A DNA stretch of 64,000 nt from an uncultured Dehalococcoidales bacterium (GCA_964472915.1 CAYYMP010000002.1:240-64239), one strand, 5' to 3'; positions 1 to 10,769 are shown, numbered from the stretch's first letter. Program-made: numbers and translations. The notes: generated from the letters alone by a model not told the origin.

Positions 1-539
1 GTTCCGAACGCGAGCGCAATACCCTGTTTTCGCATTTTTCCGGGAAGCATGAGCGCTCCCTGGAGAATTAGTCCGATACCAAGCGATAACAGCACGTATG
101 AATATGCGCTGTGTACCCAGAACAGCGGCCCCGACTCGAAATCAACCCAATAACCAGTTCCTGTTTCATGAGTGACGATATCTGACCAGTAGAGACCGTG
201 GAATTCATTCGTCCAAACCGAGGCGAGGGTGACGATAGGGACCACCGTCAGAGTTGACATCAGCCTCTTGGACAACCAGCGATGTTTCCCGGTGTACGCA
301 AGGGCGAAAACGAACCATGATCCCGGTATCAGGACGATTCCGAAGTACGAAATCTTTGCCGCAGTGATCCTTGTGTCGAGTGACAGACCATCTAGTTCGA
401 AGATGTATGCGAAAGACCAGACGGCGAGGCCGACGAACAACGCAGTCATCGGGGCGATCCCGGCGCGACCTCCCAGCCGGCTCACGTAAGCAACCAGAGA
501 TACCGCGACTATTCCGGAAACTAGCAGAAGGAATGCCAT
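1..539 (-). CDS. Partial membrane sensor protein, HisKA_7TM-like N-terminal domain (runs off left edge)
   Basis: Manual translation from ATG 539: MAFLLLVSGIVAVSLVAYVSRL...LAVWSFAYIFEL...SYFGIVLIPGSWFVFALAYTG...WTNEFHGLYW...GPLFWVHSAYSY; open to window edge. Not in ORF track; start uncertain. Confidence 0.75.
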   Translation of the reverse strand, partial: MAFLLLVSGIVAVSLVAYVSRLGGRAGIAPMTALFVGLAVWSFAYIFELDGLSLDTRITAAKISYFGIVLIPGSWFVFALAYTGKHRWLSKRLMSTLTVVPIVTLASVWTNEFHGLYWSDIVTHETGTGYWVDFESGPLFWVHSAYSYVLLSLGIGLILQGALMLPGKMRKQGIALAFG

Positions 540-831
540 GCAATGATCTGACCATGCATTACAGGTGGGGTAACTAACAGTTGAGTCTATATTTCGATCT
601 ATAAAACGACTTGGTTACAACACTAAATCGGATATGCGGTTCCTACGTAATTTTTTGTGGAGGAGTGCAGCTCACGGAACAAGCGCGCTCATCGATCAAC
701 AACGCTTGCGCAGCAATTCTTGGTAGATTTACGTGTCTGATTTTTAATTGAGCCATCGTCAGTTTCAGATGACTGCCAGAAACGAGCAAATCCACTGCGA
801 TGGAATCCTAACGTAAAGCGGGAAGAACCAA

Positions 832-1638
832 ATGTTTGCTGATTTGAGTGGAAAAATTGCACTGGTTACCGGTGGTGGCCAGGGTTTGGGTCTCGGCATG
901 GTGATGAAAATGGCTGGTCAAGGCGCCGATATTGCTATTGCCGACCTCAGCGAAGAGAACGCAGCCGCTGCTGCAAAGCAGGTTGAAGAGCTCGGTCGCA
1001 AGGCATACACAGCCAAGATGGATGTGACCGATAAAGACTCTGTCATCGCTGCTGTAGACAAGATCACCGCAGAAGCAGGTCAGATCGACATCCTTGCTAA
1101 CAACGCAGGTGTAGCCGGTGCTCCTGGTTCAACTGGAACCGGATTCCGTGACGTTGACTGGGAGTTCACGTGGAAAGTGAACGTGAAAGGGCTTTCCGAC
1201 GTTACTGAAGCTGTTCTCCCGCAAATGCGAGCTCGCAAGGCAGGCAAGATCATCAACGTTTCTTCAGTAGCTGCCAAAGCTGCCAAGTACCAGACCGCCT
1301 ACTACGCAACGACCAAGATGGCGGTTGTTGCTTACACCCAGGCTCTTGCCAGGGAAGTTGCTGGCGAGAACATCAACGTGAATGCAGTTGCTCCGGGCCG
1401 AATTTGGACACAGTTCCACCAGGACTGGATGAAGGAGCGAGAAGCTCTCGGTGACAGTGCTGTTGTGGGTCAGGACAAATACGACGTCTTCATGAACTCG
1501 CTCAAGGAAGTAATTCCAATGCAGCGTCCACAGACACCTGAAGACATTGGTGCGTTGGTTACGTTCCTTGCTTCAGAAGAGGCTCGAAACATCACAGGTC
1601 AGACCATCCAGTGCGATGGTGGACAGGTAATGGTCTAG
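832..1638 (+). CDS. SDR family oxidoreductase
   Basis: TGGGQGLG Rossmann motif, NNAG, YATTK catalytic YxxxK. Confidence 0.92.
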   Translation: MFADLSGKIALVTGGGQGLGLGMVMKMAGQGADIAIADLSEENAAAAAKQVEELGRKAYTAKMDVTDKDSVIAAVDKITAEAGQIDILANNAGVAGAPGSTGTGFRDVDWEFTWKVNVKGLSDVTEAVLPQMRARKAGKIINVSSVAAKAAKYQTAYYATTKMAVVAYTQALAREVAGENINVNAVAPGRIWTQFHQDWMKEREALGDSAVVGQDKYDVFMNSLKEVIPMQRPQTPEDIGALVTFLASEEARNITGQTIQCDGGQVMV

Positions 1639-1666
1639 GCGACTAATCGCTTTTAGATTTTTGATC

Positions 1667-1694
1667 AACGGGCGGTATTTGAACCGCCCGTTTT
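1667..1694 (+). terminator. Intrinsic terminator after SDR gene
   Basis: AACGGGCGGT-atttga-ACCGCCCGTT followed by TT, between convergent genes. Confidence 0.75.
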
Positions 1695-1734
1695 CGCGTC
1701 CCGACCGGAGCGGAGGAACCTCACCGGTCGTCGC

Positions 1735-2307
1735 CTAAAACTCGATGCCTTTTTGCGCTCGGATGCCCTGTTCGGCGTATGGGTGTTTGATCTCTCGCAT
1801 TTCAGTCACAAGATCAGCGAATTCGACCAGAGCGGGATCTGCATCCCGACCCGTCATCACGACGTGAACCATTTCAGGTCGAGCTTTTAGAAACTCTAAG
1901 ACCTCTGAAACTTCAATCCAGCCGTATGAAATCGGGTATGTAATCTCATCAAGAACTACAACGTCGTAATCACCTGATGAAATCTTCTCTTTTGCGAGGT
2001 TCCAACCGTTTTGGGCGCGGGATTCGTCTTCAGAGAGATCTTTCGAGGTCCAGGTAAAACCACGACCAGAGGAAATGATTTCGATGCCCAGTTTTTCAGC
2101 AGCCATTTGCTCGCCGTACATCGATTTTTCACTCTTGATGAACTGGACGGCACAGGTTTTCATCCCACGCCCCCAGGCTCGGAGCATCACGCCGAAAGCC
2201 GCTGTACTTTTCCCTTTGCCGTTACCGGTATTGATCACAACCAGACCCTTGCGGTCGCGGGTCAGATTAGGAGGAGGAGTAAATGATTCAGGCGGCTTTT
2301 TCGGCAT
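1735..2307 (-). CDS. cobO: Cob(I)alamin adenosyltransferase
   Basis: TGNGKGKSTAAFG P-loop, QFIK, VVLDEI, VMTGR, KHPY...GIEF. Confidence 0.93.
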   Translation of the reverse strand: MPKKPPESFTPPPNLTRDRKGLVVINTGNGKGKSTAAFGVMLRAWGRGMKTCAVQFIKSEKSMYGEQMAAEKLGIEIISSGRGFTWTSKDLSEDESRAQNGWNLAKEKISSGDYDVVVLDEITYPISYGWIEVSEVLEFLKARPEMVHVVMTGRDADPALVEFADLVTEMREIKHPYAEQGIRAQKGIEF

Positions 2308-2313
2308 GAAGAA

Positions 2314-3087
2314 CTAAACTCCGTCTGCGATTCCACGCAATGCCCATCCGACCGTATATGCAAGCACCGCCGCAATTCCTCCAACGGCGACAGTTTCAAA
2401 TCCTGCCGTGAGCTTATTCATCGCCACGACCCTGGCTTTGTAAACGCCAATCAGGAAGAAGGTAATTGCAGTAGCGATTGAGCTCCACAGGAACGGAGAA
2501 CCAAGTCCGTCGTCTAGTACCAAATCGATGATGAAAGGTACGACTGGTACAAATCCTGCGAATAGGAACGAGATAAACGTGAACCAGGCAGCCCTTGTCG
2601 GCTCAGGACCTTCCAACAACATGCCGTGTTCTTCTTTGAGCATGGTGTCGATCCACACATTTTCGTCAGAAGTGATTATATCAACCACTTGTTCGAGCAA
2701 ATCACCTTCAAAGCCTTTGGCGGCATAAATTTGTCGGATTTCCTCTCGTTCGCCTTCGGGAATAAGGCGAATCTCTTCTGCTTCCTCTTCGCGAACCTTG
2801 CCGGTGAACTGCTGCTCGGCACGTGTGCCGAGGAAATTGCTGACCGCCATTGAGAAGCCATCGGCAACGAGGTTGGCAAGACCTAGGACTACCACAATGC
2901 CAGGCGCAAGTTCGGCACCAACAACACCGGACACAACTGCAAATGTCGTAATGGTGCCGTCAATACCGCCGTAGACAATGTCTTTCAGATAGCTCTGCGG
3001 CGATCCGTTCAACAGGCGTTCGCGAATTCCTTCAGGAGTGTGAGTCTCCTGTAGGTGATCTGGTGGTTCTATAAGACTTGTTCCCAT
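2314..3087 (-). CDS. VIT1/CCC1 family iron/manganese transporter
   Basis: VYGGIDG, ANLVADGFSMA, EEEAEEI/EREEI acidic metal-binding loop, EEHG. Confidence 0.9.
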   Translation of the reverse strand: MGTSLIEPPDHLQETHTPEGIRERLLNGSPQSYLKDIVYGGIDGTITTFAVVSGVVGAELAPGIVVVLGLANLVADGFSMAVSNFLGTRAEQQFTGKVREEEAEEIRLIPEGEREEIRQIYAAKGFEGDLLEQVVDIITSDENVWIDTMLKEEHGMLLEGPEPTRAAWFTFISFLFAGFVPVVPFIIDLVLDDGLGSPFLWSSIATAITFFLIGVYKARVVAMNKLTAGFETVAVGGIAAVLAYTVGWALRGIADGV

Positions 3088-3096
3088 TTTGACTTT

Positions 3097-3858
3097 CTAG
3101 AACCCGTGATCCGCCGCGCTGTCCTGTGGCACGAATCCCAAAACTTTGCGTGCGTGCTCAATGTCCCGGTATCGAGTTGGATTGTCCGAGCAGGCGAACA
3201 CCACGGCGTACTTGAGATCATCCGGCGCATGTACGGCTTTATCGATCATTTGAATGATGTCCCGATGACTGCACCAGACCGAAGCATTTCGGGCGTTCAG
3301 CGGTACATCGTCGATTTCGACTTTACCGATACGAATACAGATTACGGACATGTCGTGCTGCTCGGAATACATGCTCCCAAGGTTTTCCGTGAACATTTTG
3401 GAAACCGAGTACATGTTCCTCGGGCGAATTGGATCTTCAACGGTGATCATAGGTCGGGGAGACGGCATCTCGAAATCTGGATCGTGAACTAGCGATTTGA
3501 ACGGGTCATCTTTCTCGTAACCTGCGATCACCGCACCTGTGCTTGCCGCAACAATTCGCTTTACACCAGCAATTCGACAAGCCTCAAACAGGTTGTACAC
3601 GCCGGTCACGTTGGCTTTGATGTGAGTCTCTGCTGGCACATCACCTCTCGAAGCTGCCATGTGGACAACCGTATCTACGCCTTCCAGTGCCGGGAGAATG
3701 TCGTCGATCCCCTCACCAATGTCAGCGACGGTTGTTGGGAAGCCAGCGACTTCACTCCTTCCGAGTGCTCCTACCTCGTAGGACTCGGCAAATTTCCTGC
3801 CGGCGAGTCCGCCAATGAGTCCACTCATACCAGTAACGAGAATTTTCGAAGGTGTCAT
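3097..3858 (-). CDS. NAD-dependent epimerase/dehydratase (uronate dehydrogenase-like)
   Basis: TGMSGLIG, VVHMAA, YSVSK, IRIG. Confidence 0.8.
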   Translation of the reverse strand: MTPSKILVTGMSGLIGGLAGRKFAESYEVGALGRSEVAGFPTTVADIGEGIDDILPALEGVDTVVHMAASRGDVPAETHIKANVTGVYNLFEACRIAGVKRIVAASTGAVIAGYEKDDPFKSLVHDPDFEMPSPRPMITVEDPIRPRNMYSVSKMFTENLGSMYSEQHDMSVICIRIGKVEIDDVPLNARNASVWCSHRDIIQMIDKAVHAPDDLKYAVVFACSDNPTRYRDIEHARKVLGFVPQDSAADHGF

Positions 3859-3861
3859 ATT

Positions 3862-6339
3862 TCAGGAAAAGTCCGTGATTTGTGTTGCCATCACCCGCTC
3901 AAGTTCGTTGGCGAGCTCAATGTGATCGTCCAACGAATTGGCGTTCGTAGACATTAATTCTGAAGCTTCCCGACGAGCAAGTTGAAGCAGTTCAACATCG
4001 TCGATAGTTGCCACTTTAAGCTCATCCCAGCCGCTTTGACGCGTGCCCATGTAGTCACCCGGACCGCGAATTCTGAGATCTTCTTCAGCAAGCTCGAAGC
4101 CGTCTGATTTTTGAACGACTGCCTCGATGCGTTCGCTCGTAGCGTTTTGCTCTGGATCGATCATGAGAACGCACTCGCTAGCGTGTTCACCTCGACCAAT
4201 ACGTCCTCGAAGCTGGTGAAGTTGAGCGAGACCAAATCGCTGTGGACTCATGATCATCATTACAGTGGCGTTTGGAATGTCGACTCCGACCTCGATAACC
4301 GGTGTTGCGACAAGTACATCGAGACCCCGATTACGGAAGCGATCCATAACATCCTGCTTTTCAGGCAGTGTCATCCGACCGTGAAGCAATCCGACTTTCA
4401 GAGTTTTGAACTCGCCTGACGACAGTCGTTCGAACTCGTCGATCGCCGATACCGCCTCGATGGCATCTGACTTATCGATGAGCGGACAAACAACGAAGGC
4501 TTGTCGTCCAGACGCCACTTCTCTCCGTACATGCTCGTAGGCGTGATTTCGAGCCATGTCGCCGTTTGCGAGTTTCGTAGTGATTGGTTTTCGACCACCA
4601 GGAGGCGTTTTAAGCGTTGTGACATCGAGATCACCATAAACGGTGAGCGCTAGCGTTCTAGGGATAGGAGTTGCAGACATCGCAAGTAGATGCGGACGAG
4701 GTGTTCGCTTGGTGAGAGCACTGCGTTGTTCAACTCCGAACCGATGCTGTTCGTCAACAACAGCAAGACCAAGCCGAGGTATGGACACCGCTTCCTGAAG
4801 CAGAGCGTGAGTTCCAATTACCAGGTCTACTTCACCATCAGCAATCATTTGCTGAAGTCGAGCTTTGATCGAACGCTTGTGACTGCCAATCAACAAAACA
4901 ATCGTGATTCGTCGGTTCTCAATGCCCGGCATGTTGGCGTAACGAACGCTATCTTCCGGTTCTCCAGGGAGCGAAACTGCGTCAAGTTGGGCTGAAATGC
5001 TCAAGAAGTGCTGTTCGGCGAGTACTTCGGTAGGAGCCATTAGTGCCCCGGTGTAACCGTTCGCAATGACAGTGAGAAGCGAGGCTAGTGCAACAACGGT
5101 CTTTCCGCTTCCGACTTCGCCTTGAAGCAGTCGTCCCATCGGCACGCCATCGTTCAAATCATCGATTATTTGATCCAATGCATCCGACTGGTCAGTTGTT
5201 AGATCGAATGGCAAAGTCGATTCCAGTGCTTGAACCACCGAGCGGGAATCCGATTTGCCAACAACTATTCCGTCGTTCCGGTTACGCCATTCATGCCGAC
5301 GTTTCAGCGCCGCGAGTTGGTACATAAACAACTCTTCAAACGCGAGACGATTACGCGCCTGGAATTGATGCCCGAACTCAGCTGGATAGTGCATGGCTTC
5401 GATTGCCGGGTAACGCCCAGGGAAGCCATTTCTGTTCAACAGATCAGAAGGCAGGAACTCTGGGAGCAACGCTTCTGAAATATCGAGCGCTTTGCGAGTA
5501 GACGTTCGAATCGATCGCTGAGCTAATCCTTCGGTCGATGGATAAACCGGAAGCAAGTTGCCGGCGTGAGTGCTTTGACCCGACGAATCACTTGATATCT
5601 CCTCGTACTCAGGATTCTGAAGTTGTGCACGTCCTTGGAACGCTCCGATTTCACCGCTAAATGCGACAGTTGAACCCTTCCTGAACTTGTTCGCTAGATA
5701 AGCCTGGCGGAAGAATGTTGCTTCGAGCAGCCCCGTGCCGTCATTGATCAGGATTTTGGCTGCGCCCGGCGGTGGTCCGATCCGCGCTCGTTCCGATTTC
5801 ACAACTCGACCGGCAACTGTGATTAGTTCACCGTACTCAACTTCGGCGATTTTCGTGACTTTTGAGTAGTCGACGTGACGGTGAGGGAACAGCCAGAGAA
5901 GATCACGAAGGGTTGAAATCTCCATCCGCGCGAGTTTTGGGCGCGTTTGCTTGTGAATGAACTTGAGTTCATCGAGCGGAGTTTCGAGCGTGTAATTAGT
6001 TCTTGAACTCGAACTGGTCTTCTTCGGAGCAGCAGGTTTTGCTCGTTTAGTCGGATTTTGGGTAGGTGCAGCTGGTGTTGCCCCGCCTTTGAGGCGAACC
6101 ATCACAGCTGAAGCCCAGCGATAACGCAGGCCCGGTGCCAGCGCGGCGTAGCTCGATCCTTTCAAAGGTTCTATTTCACGAATCCAGGGTAGATCTGTCG
6201 CTGTGCGCTCGATGAACTTATCGAGTCCGCCCATTACGGCGCGATCCGTGAACTCGAGCTTCTTTTCGAGTTCGAGGATGTTTTTTAGCGCTTCAACGGC
6301 GCGGTGTTGATTGTTTGTTCCGGTGGAGCTACCGGGCAA
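3862..6339 (-). CDS. recG: ATP-dependent DNA helicase RecG
   Basis: LLQGEVGSGKT, DEQHRFG, MSATPIPRT, QLRGRIGRG, DLRIRGPG. Confidence 0.97.
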   Translation of the reverse strand: MPGSSTGTNNQHRAVEALKNILELEKKLEFTDRAVMGGLDKFIERTATDLPWIREIEPLKGSSYAALAPGLRYRWASAVMVRLKGGATPAAPTQNPTKRAKPAAPKKTSSSSRTNYTLETPLDELKFIHKQTRPKLARMEISTLRDLLWLFPHRHVDYSKVTKIAEVEYGELITVAGRVVKSERARIGPPPGAAKILINDGTGLLEATFFRQAYLANKFRKGSTVAFSGEIGAFQGRAQLQNPEYEEISSDSSGQSTHAGNLLPVYPSTEGLAQRSIRTSTRKALDISEALLPEFLPSDLLNRNGFPGRYPAIEAMHYPAEFGHQFQARNRLAFEELFMYQLAALKRRHEWRNRNDGIVVGKSDSRSVVQALESTLPFDLTTDQSDALDQIIDDLNDGVPMGRLLQGEVGSGKTVVALASLLTVIANGYTGALMAPTEVLAEQHFLSISAQLDAVSLPGEPEDSVRYANMPGIENRRITIVLLIGSHKRSIKARLQQMIADGEVDLVIGTHALLQEAVSIPRLGLAVVDEQHRFGVEQRSALTKRTPRPHLLAMSATPIPRTLALTVYGDLDVTTLKTPPGGRKPITTKLANGDMARNHAYEHVRREVASGRQAFVVCPLIDKSDAIEAVSAIDEFERLSSGEFKTLKVGLLHGRMTLPEKQDVMDRFRNRGLDVLVATPVIEVGVDIPNATVMMIMSPQRFGLAQLHQLRGRIGRGEHASECVLMIDPEQNATSERIEAVVQKSDGFELAEEDLRIRGPGDYMGTRQSGWDELKVATIDDVELLQLARREASELMSTNANSLDDHIELANELERVMATQITDFS

Positions 6340-7182
6340 CTACTCTGCCCTCAAAAGTCCCAGACCGAGAACACCAGGTCCAAGGTAATTACCAACAACG
6401 GGACCCAACTGGGCTACCACAGGCTTGTTATCAGGTGCGTAGCTCGCTACCTCGTCGGCGATAGCTTGTGCTGCGTCAGGTTCGGTGGTGTACAAGATCG
6501 AAAGCTTGTCGAGTGGAGATGCGTCGGCAACCATTTGTTCGAGCATGACTACACCCTTTTTACGGTTGCGGGCCCTGCCTACAGGATGCGCTTCGCCTTC
6601 TTGAACAGTCAGGATCGGCTTTATTCGCAGGAGTGATCCAACGAATCCTTTTGCCTTACCAATACGCCCACCTCGGACCAGGTAATCAAGAGTGTCGACC
6701 ATCCCGACAAATGAGGCTCTTGTTGCAGCCTTCTGAGCAATCTCGACTGCTTCATCAATCGAAGCACCTGAGGCGATCTTTTCGGCTACATGGACAGCGA
6801 TCCATCCCAGAGCCATAGAAGCTTGCTCAGTATCGACAACTCGAATGTCCACTTTAGCGTCAGCCATCTCCGATACAGCGTTCACTGCGGAGATATAGGT
6901 GAGACTCAACTTCGCTGAAATGTGAATTGAAATGATCGCGTCGTGGTCTTTTGCCAGTCGCGTGTACACATCAACGAAGGTTCCAACCGGAGGAGCGGAA
7001 GTCGTTGGAATTTCTTTTGACTCGGGAAGGATTTTGTACATCTCGTCGGCCGTAATCGTTTGACCATCGAGAAATGTGTCATCACCAATGTGCACGTTTA
7101 GAGGGACAACCTCGATTCCGTGTTGTTTGGCTATTTCTGGCGGGAGATCAGAAGTGCTGTCGGTAACTACGGCGATCGTCAT
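6340..7182 (-). CDS. DegV family fatty acid-binding protein (FakB-like)
   Basis: VTDSTSDLP, PTTSAP, LVRGGRIG, LGPG. Confidence 0.93.
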   Translation of the reverse strand: MTIAVVTDSTSDLPPEIAKQHGIEVVPLNVHIGDDTFLDGQTITADEMYKILPESKEIPTTSAPPVGTFVDVYTRLAKDHDAIISIHISAKLSLTYISAVNAVSEMADAKVDIRVVDTEQASMALGWIAVHVAEKIASGASIDEAVEIAQKAATRASFVGMVDTLDYLVRGGRIGKAKGFVGSLLRIKPILTVQEGEAHPVGRARNRKKGVVMLEQMVADASPLDKLSILYTTEPDAAQAIADEVASYAPDNKPVVAQLGPVVGNYLGPGVLGLGLLRAE

Positions 7183-7243
7183 TTAGGCGCTCCGAGTAGA
7201 AGTCCGGTGGTGATCTGTCGAACATTAATTGTTCGTGCGCAGC

Positions 7244-8914
7244 TTACTCTACTGCAACGAGATAGTCGTAATGGGGCTGTCCTCCCCACACAACTTCAAT
7301 TTCCAGATCACCGAACTTCTCTGCCAATTCGTTAGACAAACGCTCAATCACATCCGCACCTGTACCGTTCCCGGTATACACGGTGATGATTTCGGCGTCT
7401 GATGCCTTTGACTCTATTAGTTTCGTCAATACGAAATCACTATCTCGCCCAACTGCGATGATCTCGTCATCGAAAGTTGCGAACGTCATTCCTGCTTTTA
7501 TGTCGTGCCCGCCAATCGACACGTCACGGTTCGCCTTGCAAACGCACCCTTCTCCAATTTCTCCCGCAATATCCGACATTTCATCAACGTTGGCGTCTAA
7601 CGATTCATCGAGATTGAAGGCTAGAAGGGCGGCAACTCCGGTCTGAACCGATCTCGTTGGGACCACTCGTACCGTTTTGTCGGTCAGTTCATCAACGTGT
7701 TCGGCTGCGGCAATTATGTTTTTGTTGTTAGGAAGGAGGATCACCTGATCTGATGGAACTTTCTCAACTGCCTCTAACAACTCAGCCACCGAAGGATTCA
7801 TCGAATCACCACCTTCGATGACGTATGTCGCACCCAATCCGGTGTTTTCGATTAGATCCGACATCCCTTCGCCAGCTGCAACGGCAACTACAGCGATTGG
7901 AGGAGAGTCCAACTTCTCTGGGCCGGTACGCTGAATGTCATCTCTACGATCAGAGGCCCAATCTGCAGCTTGCGTGTCCATGTTGGAGATTTCGATATTT
8001 GAGAGCGCCCCGTACTTAATTCCAGCGCTTAGTGCCTGGCCGGGATCTTCCATGTGGACATGCACCTTTGCGAGCCCAGGTGCCCCATCGACGATTGGCG
8101 ATCGACCGATCTTGGCCATGTGGTCACGTATTTGATCTAAATCGAGGTTCTCTGCTTCGATAGAAAATACTGTGCAGTAACCCCAGTCAGTTTCTTCTGC
8201 TTCGGAAACGAAATCCGAATCGACCGAGCCAGAGAATTTTCGACCCGATGGCATCGGCACTTCGATTTCTCGGGCGACAGGTTCGATGCCATTGATCGCC
8301 CGGACCATCCCGTCGAACATGACCGCTAGTCCGAAACCTCCCGAGTCAACGACTTCCGCTTCCGCCAGCACATCGAGCATTTCGGGTGTGCGGCGAACTG
8401 CGTCGATTGCGTTGTCTAGCAGCGCTTCGAGAGCCTCGGTTGCAGTACCGACTTCTCGCTCTGAAGCCTTCTCTGAGCATTCCCGGTAGATGGTGATCAT
8501 CGTCCCTTCGACGGGATTGGGAACCGATTGCTGTGAGAACTCATAAGCTCTTCCGAGGGCCTCTCCGAGAGCAGATGGGGGGATGCTGTCGGAGTCTTTC
8601 GCAACTTCAGCGAATCCCTTGAAAAGTTGTGCGAGAAGAAGCCCTGAGTTGCCGCGAGCTCCAAGCAACGATGCTCTCGCCATCTTGGAAGCGAGGTCTC
8701 CGGCACTCTGAGTGGATGCGTTTACGTCCTCGGATTCGACAATTGAGCGAAGAGTGAGAGACATGTTCGTGCCGGTATCGCCATCGGGAACCGGGAACAC
8801 GTTTAGCGCGTTGATCGTTGGGCGATTGGCAATCAGCGCGTCAGATGCCGCTTTTACCAATTTGAGCAGTAGTGCTCCATCGATTGATGCTGTTGATGAA
8901 GGTTGGGCGATCAT
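7244..8914 (-). CDS. DAK2-domain fatty acid kinase (FakA/YloV-like)
   Basis: INALNVFPVPDGDTGTNM, GARGNSG, VVDSGG, GGQPHY. Confidence 0.93.
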   Translation of the reverse strand: MIAQPSSTASIDGALLLKLVKAASDALIANRPTINALNVFPVPDGDTGTNMSLTLRSIVESEDVNASTQSAGDLASKMARASLLGARGNSGLLLAQLFKGFAEVAKDSDSIPPSALGEALGRAYEFSQQSVPNPVEGTMITIYRECSEKASEREVGTATEALEALLDNAIDAVRRTPEMLDVLAEAEVVDSGGFGLAVMFDGMVRAINGIEPVAREIEVPMPSGRKFSGSVDSDFVSEAEETDWGYCTVFSIEAENLDLDQIRDHMAKIGRSPIVDGAPGLAKVHVHMEDPGQALSAGIKYGALSNIEISNMDTQAADWASDRRDDIQRTGPEKLDSPPIAVVAVAAGEGMSDLIENTGLGATYVIEGGDSMNPSVAELLEAVEKVPSDQVILLPNNKNIIAAAEHVDELTDKTVRVVPTRSVQTGVAALLAFNLDESLDANVDEMSDIAGEIGEGCVCKANRDVSIGGHDIKAGMTFATFDDEIIAVGRDSDFVLTKLIESKASDAEIITVYTGNGTGADVIERLSNELAEKFGDLEIEVVWGGQPHYDYLVAVE

Positions 8915-9137
8915 TCCGTAGAAGTTGGCGAAGCCGTTGAAATTAGCGCGCCGCGTATTCCGACACTCCAGTCAAAACTCTCCTCTACAGGCATTAATTC
9001 CTGTTGTTCGCGCTAATACTGCATGTTAATCTAAATAGCTGGAATTCGACACGTAACCGATCTGGTCAACTGATCCAAAGTTATGAGAATTGAGTTCTTT
9101 CCCTACATTCAGGAATATTTCGAAAGTATCTGAAGTC

Positions 9138-9362
9138 ATGCCAAGCGCTGATCAAATAAGAGCAAAACTGGGTCTTGGGCCACGACCCAAGCCGATGTTC
9201 GGTCAAAACCGATCACACGCACTTAACGCAACTCGAAAAATCTCGAAGCCAAACCTGCAGAACCGTTGGGTTGTTATCGATGGACAGCGATACCGAGTAA
9301 AGCTGACCGCCCGTGAGCTTCGAACGCTCGACAAGCGCGGAGTTTCTCTGACCATCGACTAA
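9138..9362 (+). CDS. rpmB: 50S ribosomal protein L28 (cysteine-free)
   Basis: FGQNRSHA...PNLQ...LRTLDK; ATG 9138 preferred over TTG 9090; divergent from DAK2 as in the conserved locus. Confidence 0.88.
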   Translation: MPSADQIRAKLGLGPRPKPMFGQNRSHALNATRKISKPNLQNRWVVIDGQRYRVKLTARELRTLDKRGVSLTID

Positions 9363-9383
9363 ACGATGGTCGAATATGCGTTG

Positions 9384-9412
9384 AAACCCTTCTCGACCGA
9401 GAGGGGTTTTTT
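9384..9412 (+). terminator. Intrinsic terminator after rpmB
   Basis: AAACCCTTCTC-gacc-GAGAGGGGTTT then T run. Confidence 0.8.
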
Positions 9413-9430
9413 GTTGCCTAAAATTTCCTC

Positions 9431-10096
9431 ATGATGATCAATCCGAAATTCGCCGCCGCCTTTTTTGACCTTGATGGCACGTTGGTCGACACAGGTCCGC
9501 CGCATAGACAGGCAGAGTTGCAAACCCTGAACGCTTACGGCATACCTGAGATTGCACCTGATCACCCTGTCACATTCGGAAAAGGAGTGATGCCTGGAGT
9601 TCAGCTCGTTGCTGAACACTACGGAATCGAGGATCAAGAAGCGCTCCTCGCTGAATACGTAAAGCAGTGGCACATCGTGACAGCCAATGGCATTGAGATG
9701 CTGCCCGGCGCCCGGGATGCCGTGACCAGCGCGGTCATTTACGGTGCTTCTGTGGGGTTGGTCACATCAGGCGACAGCAAATACGCCAATACTTTCATTG
9801 AAAAATCTGGACTTGCTGAATCTTTTTCAACCGTCGTGACGCTGGATGACGTTGCAAACATGAAACCGCATCCCGAGCCGTATTTGACCGCCGCAGAGAA
9901 TCTGGGCATTCAGCCCGGGCACTGTCTTGTGTTTGAGGATTCAGAAACCGGGTTCGTATCAACACGAGCTGCCGGTATGACGAGTGTCGGAGTTGGTCCA
10001 GTAGCCATCGAATTATCTGAATCTGAAGAACGTGGACCAGATATGGCGATCGAGTCGTTCGTGGGCTTCGATATTTGGGGTGTTCGACCTAGATAG
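9431..10096 (+). CDS. HAD family phosphatase
   Basis: FDLDGTLVDT, KPHPEPY, VFEDS. Confidence 0.9.
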   Translation: MMINPKFAAAFFDLDGTLVDTGPPHRQAELQTLNAYGIPEIAPDHPVTFGKGVMPGVQLVAEHYGIEDQEALLAEYVKQWHIVTANGIEMLPGARDAVTSAVIYGASVGLVTSGDSKYANTFIEKSGLAESFSTVVTLDDVANMKPHPEPYLTAAENLGIQPGHCLVFEDSETGFVSTRAAGMTSVGVGPVAIELSESEERGPDMAIESFVGFDIWGVRPR

Positions 10097-10097
10097 G

Positions 10098-10763
10098 CTA
10101 CGAGCCGGCTGATCGAATCGCCTCGATACCGATCCTCATTCCGTCCGGGTAATTGAACACACCGGTGCCTGATATGAGCGTCGTCGCTCCAGCATCGATA
10201 ACCGCGCCCGCAGTATCGACCTTGATACCACCGTCTACTGCGATTTCTAGTTCGTGGCTTGCCAGTTGTGCCATATCCTTTAGCTCTTCGATCTTTGGGA
10301 GCATTTCCGGCATGAACGACTGACCGCCAAATCCGGGCTCGACAGTCATAACGAGCACACGCTCAATCAGTGGCAGTGCCGACTGAATTACCGAAGCAGG
10401 TGTGTCAGGTTTGAGAGACACCGCTGCCGACATACCAGCTACACGGGCATCTTCAAGAGACGCTTCGAGGTCATCGCACGCTTCAACGTGCATCGTGAAA
10501 ATGTTTCCGCCAGCTTCCGCAAATTCTCGAACGTAACGGGCAGGTTCGATGACCATCATGTGAACGTCGATAGGGAGCTTCGTGAGTGGACGAATTGCTT
10601 CAAGAACCGGAATTCCAACGGTGATATTCGGCACGAAAGTTCCATCCATCACGTCAAAGTGCAGTTCATCTGCGCCAGCCTCTTCAACAGCCGCAATTGA
10701 ATCCGCCAAATGTGCGAAGTCGGCAGCAAGGAGAGATGGAGAAACTTTGATGTGTGGTGCCAT
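10098..10763 (-). CDS. rpe: Ribulose-phosphate 3-epimerase
   Basis: PSLLAADF, HFDVMDG, MTVEPGFGGQ, VDGGI. Confidence 0.96.
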   Translation of the reverse strand: MAPHIKVSPSLLAADFAHLADSIAAVEEAGADELHFDVMDGTFVPNITVGIPVLEAIRPLTKLPIDVHMMVIEPARYVREFAEAGGNIFTMHVEACDDLEASLEDARVAGMSAAVSLKPDTPASVIQSALPLIERVLVMTVEPGFGGQSFMPEMLPKIEELKDMAQLASHELEIAVDGGIKVDTAGAVIDAGATTLISGTGVFNYPDGMRIGIEAIRSAGS

Positions 10764-10769
10764 GACGAG

